A stretch of 64,000 nucleotides of DNA from an uncultured Bacilli bacterium (GTDB lineage Bacteria; Bacillota_I; Bacilli_A; RF39; UBA660): assembly GCA_934141575.1 (NCBI GenBank), contig CAKPCJ010000003.1, forward strand, positions 1,756 through 65,755, written 5' to 3'. Below, piece by piece: positions 25,134-33,530 of the stretch (position 1 is the stretch's first letter; the number at the start of each line of letters is the position of its first letter). The notes below the pieces were generated by a model. It did not search any database, was not told the DNA's origin, and saw only the letters and a program-made list of their open reading frames with translations. Both the position numbers and the translations under genes were made by a program.

Positions 25134-26033
25134 CTAATCTTCTATTTTAATATTCATTATTTCCAATATTCTATTTAAATCTCTTTCATTATTAAATGAA
25201 ATAGTCATTTTTCTGTTATCTATTTTTACCTTAGTTCCTAATTTTTCTTTCATATAGTTTTCAACATATTCAAACTCATTATTTTTTTCTTTTCTTTGAA
25301 TAATAGGTTTAGCCTTAACCTCTCCAGTAGCTAAATCTTCAAGTTCCCTTACACTAAGCTTTTCATCAATAACCTTTTTAGCAAGTTCTTCTTGTCTAAC
25401 TGAATCATCTAGTTTGCTAAGTACCCTAGCATGTCCCATAGATAGTGAATTATCAAGCACCAAAGATTGAATATGTTCATTCAATCTCAAAAGTCCAAGC
25501 ATATTAGTAATATGGCTTCTACTCTTACCAAGTTTTTGTGCCAAATCATCTTGAGTAATATGCATAAGATCAATAATGTTCTTATATGCCATTGCTTCTT
25601 CAATAGCAGTTAAGTTTTCACGTTGTAAATTTTCTAGCAATGCAACTTGCATCATTTCTTCATCTGTTACTTCTCTAATTATAACTGGAACCTTTTCCAA
25701 ACCGGCTAATTTAGCAGCTCTAGTTCTTCTTTCACCAGCAATTATATCGTAACCCTTTATACTCTTTTTAACCAAAATTGGTTGGAATATACCATGTTCC
25801 TTTATAGATTCAGCCAATTCATTTAACGCATCATCATCAAATTTAACACGAGGCTGGTATGGATTCGGTCTAAGTTCATCAACAGGTACTTCAAAAACCT
25901 CACCAGGTTTAATTTCAGTTGAAACAACATCAGTCACTTCAGAACTAGTATTTTCATCAAGTTCTTGAATATTAAGTGAATTTATATTAAATAATTCTTC
26001 TAACCCCTTGCCTAATCTTCTTCTATTCTCCAT
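25134..26033 (-). CDS. parB: Chromosome partitioning protein ParB/Spo0J (or Noc paralogue)
   Basis: ParB box GERRTRAAKLAGL, HTH region; downstream of and overlapping parA. Confidence 0.85.
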   Translation of the reverse strand: MENRRRLGKGLEELFNINSLNIQELDENTSSEVTDVVSTEIKPGEVFEVPVDELRPNPYQPRVKFDDDALNELAESIKEHGIFQPILVKKSIKGYDIIAGERRTRAAKLAGLEKVPVIIREVTDEEMMQVALLENLQRENLTAIEEAMAYKNIIDLMHITQDDLAQKLGKSRSHITNMLGLLRLNEHIQSLVLDNSLSMGHARVLSKLDDSVRQEELAKKVIDEKLSVRELEDLATGEVKAKPIIQRKEKNNEFEYVENYMKEKLGTKVKIDNRKMTISFNNERDLNRILEIMNIKIED

Positions 26034-26805
26034 TTCTCTGGATCACTTCCTTCGCCAAATTTAAATAAGCTTCAGTTGCTCTACTTCTAGGATTATATAT
26101 CATAATAGGTTGCCCATGAGAAGGAGCCTCAGCTAAACTAATCAAACGAGGTATTATAGTATCATACACTCTCTCTTTAAAATAACCCCTTATATCTTCA
26201 ACAACATCTAATCCTAAATTAGTTTGAGAAAGCATAGTCAATAAAACACCTTCTATATCTAATTTTGGGTTCAAATTTCTCTGTACAAGCATAATTCCAT
26301 TAAGTAACTGCGTAATACCCTCCAAAGCAAAAAATTCGCATTGTACCGGAATTATAACGGAATCTGATGCAACATACGCATTAGTAGTAAGTACACCAAG
26401 TGATGGTGGACAATCAATTATAATATAATCATACTTATCTTTTACTAAATCAAGATTTTTCTTTAATTGACCTTCTTTTGAAAAATTTTCTTCTGTTTTT
26501 GATAATTCCAAAAATTCTCTTTCTATTCCAGCCATATTTATAGTAGCTGGAAGCAAACTCAAATTTTTAAATTTAGTTTTAATAGTTACATCATAAATAC
26601 TTTTTTTACCAACCAACATATCATAAACGCAGGCATCAAGCTCACTCTTATCAATTCCAACTCCAGTAGTAGCATTACCCTGAGGATCTAAATCAACAAG
26701 TAACGTTTTCTTTCCTAAATACCCCAAAGACGCTGATAAATTAATACTTGTTGTTGTTTTTCCAACGCCACCCTTTTGATTAACCATTGCAATAATTTTC
26801 CCCAT
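26023..26805 (-). CDS. parA: Chromosome partitioning ATPase ParA/Soj
   Basis: MGKIIAMVNQKGGVGKTTTSINL deviant Walker A. Track ORF starts 33 nt further upstream (26838); internal Met preferred. Confidence 0.85.
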   Translation of the reverse strand: MGKIIAMVNQKGGVGKTTTSINLSASLGYLGKKTLLVDLDPQGNATTGVGIDKSELDACVYDMLVGKKSIYDVTIKTKFKNLSLLPATINMAGIEREFLELSKTEENFSKEGQLKKNLDLVKDKYDYIIIDCPPSLGVLTTNAYVASDSVIIPVQCEFFALEGITQLLNGIMLVQRNLNPKLDIEGVLLTMLSQTNLGLDVVEDIRGYFKERVYDTIIPRLISLAEAPSHGQPIMIYNPRSRATEAYLNLAKEVIQRNGE

Positions 26806-26862
26806 AATACATCTCCTCAATAATATACATTCTACCAAAACTTATAATTATTTACAATATAA

Positions 26863-27375
26863 TTATTCGCAAACTAAAGGTGCACAGCCTTTTTGAGCAT
26901 CACAAGTTTTTAAGTTATAAACTAAGCTGCCATCATCATTAGCAATATTAACTATAGTAGTATCAACCGGAAATTCTTTAGATACCTCATTGCCATTGGC
27001 ATCCTTGCCATCAGAAAGTGGATTAATAATTTTGCCCTTTAGTATACCAGCAGAAATAATCTGTTCCAAAGTAATATCAACACCTACAACCTCACAATTT
27101 TTACCATCAGCATCACAAGTTGTAACCTTAGAAGCTTGATCATATGTCATATCATTACCAGACTCATCTTTATAACCGTTAACCTTCTTATATCTATATT
27201 TTGCAAAATAAGTAGCCGCACCTTCTTCAATATAATCTAGTTGAATTTTGCATGCTCTTTTTTTAGAATCTTGAATAGATCTAAAAGCCTTAGGAACTAC
27301 TATTGCCAAAATAATTGCTAAAATTGTTATAACTGCTAAAAGTTCGACTAAAGTAAAAGCCTTCTTGTTTTCCAT
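26863..27375 (-). CDS. Type IV pilin / pseudopilin-like protein (prepilin-type N-terminal cleavage/methylation domain), orphan
   Basis: MENKKAFTLVELLAVITILAIILAIVVP... is a class III signal (basic, [G/A]FTLxE, hydrophobic helix); Ala at -1 rather than Gly. Four Cys in the C-terminal half. No pilB/pilC/pilD nearby. Confidence 0.65.
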   Translation of the reverse strand: MENKKAFTLVELLAVITILAIILAIVVPKAFRSIQDSKKRACKIQLDYIEEGAATYFAKYRYKKVNGYKDESGNDMTYDQASKVTTCDADGKNCEVVGVDITLEQIISAGILKGKIINPLSDGKDANGNEVSKEFPVDTTIVNIANDDGSLVYNLKTCDAQKGCAPLVCE

Positions 27376-27414
27376 CGTACCATCTCCTATCTACAAGTAT
27401 AACATTTTTCTAAT

Positions 27415-27438
27415 AAAAAAGAAACTATTTTTAGTTTC
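27415..27438 (-). terminator. rho-independent terminator of prfB
   Basis: Minus strand GAAACTA-AAAA-TAGTTTC followed by T6; overlaps the prfB stop. Confidence 0.55.
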
Positions 27439-28520
27439 CTGAAATCATCATTTTTAAATATTCTTCAATAAATTTATCTAAATTGCCATCTAACACTTTT
27501 AAAACATTAGCATCCTCATAATTCGTTCTATGATCCTTAACCAAAGTATATGGATGCATAGTATATGTTCTAATTTGAGATCCAAAATTTATTTCCTTCT
27601 TATCACCTTGTAAAGATTTAATTTTAGCTTCTTGTGATTCAAGCTCAAGTTTATATAACTTACTTTTTAATACACTTATAGCCTTTTCTTTATTTTTAAT
27701 TTGACTTCTTTCATTTTGACACGTAACTACAATATTAGTAGGAATATGTGTAACTCTAACAGCAGAATCAGTAGTATTAACTGACTGTCCTCCCGCTCCA
27801 CTACTTCTATAGACATCTATTTTTAAATCTTCATCTTTTAAATCAATATTTATACTATCATTAACCTCTGGAGTTACTTCTACAGAAGCAAAAGAAGTAT
27901 GTCTTCTCGAATTAGAATCAAAAGGTGAAATTCTAATAAGCCTATGAACCCCTTTTTCACTCTTCATATACCCATACGCATTCTTACCACGTAAAAGAAA
28001 AGAGACACTCTTATATCCAGCTTCATCACCCTGCAAAAAATCAATCATTTCAAACTTAAAACCTTTATTAAAAGCATATCTCTCATACATCCTATAAAGC
28101 ATAGTAACCCAGTCACAAGACTCAGTTCCACCAGCACCGGCATGTATATCAATAATGCAATCATTATCATCATACGACCCATTAAGTAAAGAAGAAAGCC
28201 TAAGTTCCTCAAAAAGCGAAACAACCACATTATATTCTTCATTACAAAAATCAATCATCTCTGCATCATCTATTACTGATAAATTATCAATAATTCTATT
28301 TTTAAGTTTTTCTGCAAAAGAAACATCAGATTTTAAAGAGTTAAATTCCTTAATAACCTTCTCTGCACATTCTCTATCATTCCAAAAATCAGAAGAATTA
28401 ATTTTCGCCTCCAAAGAAGAAATTATATTCTTTTTATTATCATAGTCAAAGTAACCTCCATATTTCTTCTACTTCTGATAAAAGAGCCTCAAATGCAAGT
28501 TTTAATTCCTTTTGTTCCAT
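27431..28520 (-). CDS. prfB: Peptide chain release factor 2 with programmed +1 ribosomal frameshift
   Basis: ORF0 begins ATG at 28520 (MEQKELKLAFEALLSEVEEIWRLL) and ends at in-frame TGA within CTT TGA C. The +1 frame continues DYDNKKNIISSLEAKINSSDFWND... into the 327-aa ORF containing SPF and GGQ motifs. Confidence 0.9.
28445..28451 (-). other. RF2 autoregulatory +1 frameshift site CUU_UGA_C with upstream SD-like GGAGG
   Basis: Reverse-strand ...TGG AGG TTA CTT TGA CTA TGA...; canonical prfB recoding signal. Confidence 0.85.
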
Positions 28521-28590
28521 AACATCACCAAATACATTCTAACAAAAACAGCAAATAAAAACAACAAAATAAAAAAAGCTTGTTAAGCTT

Positions 28591-29292
28591 TTAACTATGA
28601 ACCGTAGTTCCTACCTTTTCACCTTCTATAATTTTTTTCAAATTATGATGTGTATTTATATCAAATACTACTATTGGAATCTCATTATCCATACATAAAG
28701 TCGTAGCAGTAGAATCCATAACATTTATCTTTTTATTCAATACTTCTAAATAAGTAATATCTTCTATTTTTTCAGCATCATCATACTTTCTAGGATCTTT
28801 TGTATATATAGCATCTACATTAGTTGCCTTTAATACAGCATCTGCTCCTATTTCATTAGCTCTTAATGCAGCAGCAGTATCTGTTGAAAAAAACGGAGAA
28901 CCAGTACCACATCCAAATACGACAACTCTTCCTTTTTCTAAGTGCTTTATAGCTCTTCCTTTTATATAATATTCTGCTATTTGTCTCATTTCAACACCAG
29001 TTTGAATTCTAACTTCCTGTCCTAATTGTTTAAATGCATCTCCAACCGCAAGGGCATTCATTGTAGTACCAAGCATTCCAATATAATCTGATGTACATCT
29101 ATCCATTTGTTGATTAGATCTTCCACGCCAGAAATTTCCACCACCAACAACAATTCCAATTTCTACACCCAAAGAAGATATCTCGCAAATCTCTTTGCAT
29201 ATATCCAAAACCCTATCAAAATCAATTCCAAAGCCCTTACCACCAGCTAAAGATTCACCACTTAATTTTAGTAATATTCTCTTATATTTCAT
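28591..29292 (-). CDS. pyrH: UMP kinase
   Basis: MKYKRILLKLSGESLAG..GFGID...; track ORF begins 30 nt upstream (29322). Confidence 0.9.
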   Translation of the reverse strand: MKYKRILLKLSGESLAGGKGFGIDFDRVLDICKEICEISSLGVEIGIVVGGGNFWRGRSNQQMDRCTSDYIGMLGTTMNALAVGDAFKQLGQEVRIQTGVEMRQIAEYYIKGRAIKHLEKGRVVVFGCGTGSPFFSTDTAAALRANEIGADAVLKATNVDAIYTKDPRKYDDAEKIEDITYLEVLNKKINVMDSTATTLCMDNEIPIVVFDINTHHNLKKIIEGEKVGTTVHS

Positions 29293-29436
29293 TTTACCTC
29301 CTATAAAAAAACTTATTACCAAAAAGATAATAAGTTAAAAAAAGAATAAAGATAGTTTTAAGCATAACATATTCTTCATAACTATCTCCTCCTTATAAAG
29401 GATTATAACATAAGTAGTGCTAAAAACAAATACATA

Positions 29437-30336
29437 TTATTTATTTTGTTCATAATCATCCAAAAAGCTACTATAAACCCCATCCTTTTTAATTCCTAAA
29501 ACACAATTTTGATTAACATTATCCAAACTTTTAAAAATATTATAATCGATATCTTTATTAAGTTTTCGCAAACTCTTAATCAATTCTTTCATTTCTTTTC
29601 TTTTACTTGTACCATCATTTATTAAAGAACATCCCTCAGTAAATCTGCAGGCACAATTTATAAATGTAAGTTCATTAAATTTCTTCCAAGAAATAATCGA
29701 GTCTTCTTTTACTAAATATAGAGGCCTTATCAATTCAAGTCCATCAAAATTATCACTATGAAGCTTTGGCATCATAGTTTTTATCTCAGAACCATAAAAC
29801 ATTGAAAGTAAGGTCGTTTCAATAACATCATCAAAATGATGACCAAGTGCTATTTTATTACAACCTAATTCCTTAGCTTTACTATACAAATATCCTCTCC
29901 TCATTCTAGCACATAGATAACAAGGACTTTTAGAATCAACAGTTGAAACAACATCAAATATATCACTCTTAAACATTTCGATAGGTACATTAAGAATTTT
30001 AGCATTATCCAATATAAAATCCCTATTATAATCATTATAACCAGGATCCATCACAACATAATATGCATTGAATTTAATCTTACCATGCCTCTGTAATTCT
30101 TGAATACACTTTGCAAGCAAAAATGAATCCTTACCACCACTAATACAAACCATTATATTATCATTCTCATTTATAAGTTTATATTCTTGAATAGCTTTAA
30201 TAAATTTACTCCAAATTTCCTTACGATATCTCTTAATAATACTTCTTTCTATTTCTTTATACTTTTCCATTATTTTCATACTCCCTATAAATAACACCAT
30301 CAATTTTAAGTAATTCATTTCTAATAGTATTTTCAC
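29437..30336 (-). CDS. ttcA: PP-loop ATPase, TtcA-like tRNA 2-thiocytidine synthetase family
   Basis: SGGKDS PP-loop; CxxC (CYLCARM) and later C.C...C cluster consistent with Fe-S TtcA. Probable true start MEKYKEIE (about 30270). Confidence 0.55.
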   Translation of the reverse strand: MKILLEMNYLKLMVLFIGSMKIMEKYKEIERSIIKRYRKEIWSKFIKAIQEYKLINENDNIMVCISGGKDSFLLAKCIQELQRHGKIKFNAYYVVMDPGYNDYNRDFILDNAKILNVPIEMFKSDIFDVVSTVDSKSPCYLCARMRRGYLYSKAKELGCNKIALGHHFDDVIETTLLSMFYGSEIKTMMPKLHSDNFDGLELIRPLYLVKEDSIISWKKFNELTFINCACRFTEGCSLINDGTSKRKEMKELIKSLRKLNKDIDYNIFKSLDNVNQNCVLGIKKDGVYSSFLDDYEQNK

Positions 30337-30383
30337 AATGAGAACAATGCATTCCCTTTATTTTAACATAAATACTTTTCATA

Positions 30384-30749
30384 TTACTTCAATTTACCAA
30401 ACAAATCAATTATATCGTCAATAACTTCTAATTTATCATCTTTAATATCTTGTACCATACAAGATTTCATATGGCTTTTTAATATTTCTTGCCCTAAGCT
30501 CTTTAAAGCGTTAGTAGCAGATGCAATTTGAAATAATACATCATCACAATATCGATCGGTATCTATCATTTGCTGAATTCCGCCTATTTGCCCAGAAATT
30601 ATTTTTAATCTTCTAGTTAAATCCTTTTTCTCAGCATCCGTTCTGTGCTTAGATCTAGTACAATTTTCACAATTCCTTTTCATAATATCACCAATTATAT
30701 TATAGGGTATAGGGGGTATACCTGTCAATGATAAAAGAAAAAAAGTCAC
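30384..30749 (-). CDS. csoR: CsoR-family copper-sensing transcriptional repressor
   Basis: ...DRYCDDVLFQIASATNALKSLGQEILKSHMKSCM... gives the C-H-C metal-ligand fingerprint and resembles B. subtilis CsoR. The track N-terminus has an extra CENC; start may be the internal Met. Confidence 0.65.
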   Translation of the reverse strand: MTFFLLSLTGIPPIPYNIIGDIMKRNCENCTRSKHRTDAEKKDLTRRLKIISGQIGGIQQMIDTDRYCDDVLFQIASATNALKSLGQEILKSHMKSCMVQDIKDDKLEVIDDIIDLFGKLK

Positions 30750-30770
30750 TTGGGCTTAAAATTAATTTTT

Positions 30771-31967
30771 TTATTCATCTACCATATTAGCAAAATCAGA
30801 AGATTTCATCTTAAAAATTATATCTCCTTCTCTAGCACCTTCAATTAAATAATCTTCAAAACCTGATTCAGTATAAAATCCCTCTGGGTCAACATAAATA
30901 ATCTTAAGACCTTTCTCCCTAGCCTGCTTTTGAACCCCTCTTCTATCAGCATGAGTTCCAATACAAAGCAACGATTTAACATTCTTATCAAAATCAATTT
31001 TAGGAAAATAATTTTCTATATTATAAACTCTTAAAATCTTCTCATGTATCCCAACTCTTTCACAAATATGATCAAAATTATTATTTAATAAAGTACCAAG
31101 AAGTAACCTATCATCATACATTTTCTTTAGCTTTTTGTGAAATTCTGTTGGTTTTGCTTTTATACATTTGATTATAATAGAATAAAACTCATCAAATTTC
31201 TTAAAATCTTTACTAGCAATTTGATTAACTAAATCATCATCTTTACCAAAGTAAAAACTTCCATCACTATGTTTTTGCACCTTATAAATTTCATGTAAAT
31301 AATAAAGTGGCATTACTCCTGCTTCAATAGAAGGACCACACCCAAGTTCAACTTGAGCTGGCAAATATTTTTTTATTTCTTCAAAAGACGTAGCATACTT
31401 AGGAACTCCTCTTTTATCCTTTTCTCTTATTCCCTTTACTTGAAGTTTCCAAACCTGTTTATAAAACTCCAATGTATCATCTAAATTATCACTTTTTACA
31501 ACAATATCAAGTGTCCTATAACCATCCACAACTTCATCATCAGGATGTATATCATATTCTTTTAAATCTATAATAACACTATCCTTCTTATAGTAATTAC
31601 CATTATATTCATAACCATTTTTCAACAAAGTTTCTATTTTATCAGCAAGATACTCTTTATACTCAAAAATTGGAAGCCTTACGCTAAGATAAATATAAGA
31701 ACTCTTTACCATTAAATAATCATTCTCAATATAAAAAACATGCCTATAATGAAGTGTTCTTCTCCTTCTAGTTGTTTCATCTATATAACCAGAATTAACC
31801 TTATTAATTTTATTCTGGCTTCTAAACCACACACCTTCAAATGTATACTCTCCATTATCAGAAAAATATTTTTTAAATACTTCTATTTCATCTGTTGTAA
31901 GCTTACTTACCTTATAAGGAAATAGCATAAAATCACTTCTTTCAAAATTACTAATAAAGTATATCAT
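30771..31967 (-). CDS. Two-domain protein: unknown (possibly CYTH-like) N-terminal domain plus divergent SIR2-family C-terminal domain (no Zn ribbon, catalytic His replaced by Tyr)
   Basis: Residues about 200-398 align to Sir2 motifs from memory: [13 protein letters not shown] matches GAGISTPSGIPDF; AKPTEFH...[29 protein letters not shown] matches AKPNLAH...[32 protein letters not shown] matches [16 protein letters not shown] matches KLVIVNLGE. No CxxC...CxxC module. Confidence 0.55.
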   Translation of the reverse strand: [398 protein letters not shown]

Positions 31968-31997
31968 ATTTCAAATATAAAAAGAAGTTTAAAACTT

Positions 31998-33437
31998 CTA
32001 CTCAATTGTAAATGAAACAGAAAAAAATAATCTATCACTTTCAGTAACGGGTCTATTAACAATAGGAAGAGCATACTTTACTAGCCTATACTTACCACTT
32101 TTAAGTTCACCATACATATAAGACCAATCTTGATATAGTTCTAATTTTCCTGATTTATCAACATGATATGCCATTAAATCAAACGCAGCATTGTTATTAA
32201 TTAATTCAAGTGTTTCCCATTTTTCGTTTTGAAATTTGTCTATTCTAAACCATGAACCATAAGTATATTTATTTCCGCTAAAATCAGAAATAGAAACAGT
32301 AGCACTTGTCCTAGTTAAAGATCCAGGCTTTATAGTAATAATAACATTCTTAATGTCATTAAAAGATGAATCAGTGTCAGGCATATCATTAACATAAATA
32401 GGTTCATTAATCTGGTCAGATGGTTCTTTATCAGTTTCGCTAATATTAATAATAGTTGAATATTCAAAAATATTTTCTATTGTTTCATCAAAATATTCAA
32501 AAGTTGTAAATGAAAATTCATAATACCTACCGACAACAATATTGTTAGAATTATTAATTGTAACTGTTCCTCTTTTTCCATCATTTTGTTCTAAAGTAAC
32601 ATTTGAAAACTCAGAATCATCACTTATAGAAGAACTAATTATTTTGTATGTTCTAATAAATTGCTTAACCGAAGACTTAGTCTTTCCACAATATTCACCA
32701 TCAAGTTTATCAATCATATCACTTGGTCCAATATAAATATCTTTATTGTTTTCCAAAGTATTACAAAAAATAACAGAATATCCACTATGATTATAAATAG
32801 CCGTACCGCCATCCCACATAACATATTTATCAACATTTCCTAAACTAAGTTGTGACTCCAAATGTTTCATTAATGAATCAAGACTAATTTGATTATAATA
32901 TAAAGCGTTACTTAATCCATAACAAGCTCCCTTTACATCACATACTTGAACAGAATCAATTCCATAATAAAATATATCTCGCGTTTCATATGTAAACTGT
33001 TTTTTTAATACATATTCTTTATCAGGATCACTAGTAGAAACAGAAATATTATATATATCTATTTTAGGATATACAGTCTTAAAATAAATAAAAGTAAATA
33101 ACATAACTAACCCTACCACAAATATAAGAATTATCAACAATACAACTCTACTTTTTTTAATTTTATCATTATAATTAAGAGCATTAATAATTGTATTATC
33201 GGCAACAACAAGCACTTGTTCATCAGAAATTTTTTCACCGTTAATCATTTCATTAACAGAAACACCAAGAATTTCACATAAAGGTTTAAACAAAGATATA
33301 TCAGGTAATCTCCTGCCATTTTCCCAATTAGATACTGCTCTATCTGTAACATTTAATTTATCAGCCAATTCCTGTTGAGTCATATGTTTTTCCTTTCTAA
33401 GATTAGAAATGAATTTGCCTATCTTAACTTGATCCAT
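31998..33437 (-). CDS. Membrane-anchored XRE-family (Cro/C1 HTH) transcriptional regulator with about 350-aa extracytoplasmic domain
   Basis: N-terminus IGKFISNLRKEKHMTQQELADKLNVTDRAVSNWENGRRLPD (HTH_XRE), one TM helix (VVLLIILIFVVGLVMLFTFIYF), then a large C-terminal domain with several Cys. Confidence 0.6.
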   Translation of the reverse strand: MDQVKIGKFISNLRKEKHMTQQELADKLNVTDRAVSNWENGRRLPDISLFKPLCEILGVSVNEMINGEKISDEQVLVVADNTIINALNYNDKIKKSRVVLLIILIFVVGLVMLFTFIYFKTVYPKIDIYNISVSTSDPDKEYVLKKQFTYETRDIFYYGIDSVQVCDVKGACYGLSNALYYNQISLDSLMKHLESQLSLGNVDKYVMWDGGTAIYNHSGYSVIFCNTLENNKDIYIGPSDMIDKLDGEYCGKTKSSVKQFIRTYKIISSSISDDSEFSNVTLEQNDGKRGTVTINNSNNIVVGRYYEFSFTTFEYFDETIENIFEYSTIINISETDKEPSDQINEPIYVNDMPDTDSSFNDIKNVIITIKPGSLTRTSATVSISDFSGNKYTYGSWFRIDKFQNEKWETLELINNNAAFDLMAYHVDKSGKLELYQDWSYMYGELKSGKYRLVKYALPIVNRPVTESDRLFFSVSFTIE

Positions 33438-33530
33438 ATTATTTCACCCTTTCACGAAAATTATAATATAAATACAAGAAAAAGTATCCAAACAAAACGT
33501 GGAGTATAAAAAAATGGCCTGTAAAACAAG

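Noticed and set aside
26805-26838. Extended N-termini given by the ORF track for parA, pyrH, csoR, ttcA-like, C26 hydrolase and rpmC
   Set aside because: In each case an internal Met reproduces the family-typical N-terminus (e.g. MGKIIAMVNQKGGVGKTT for ParA, MKYKRILLKLSGE for PyrH). The longer versions add non-conserved residues or overlap the upstream gene.
27431-28520. prfB as a frameshift pseudogene
   Set aside because: The break is the canonical CUU_UGA_C programmed +1 recoding site with upstream SD, and both halves are intact: a functional gene.
31981-31997. Palindrome AGAAGTTT-A-AAACTTCT between the XRE and SIR2-like genes as a terminator
   Set aside because: A full-length pairing would leave a 1-nt loop. 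A realistic stem is only about 5 bp with a weak U-tract, at best a leaky attenuator, so it is not listed as a feature.
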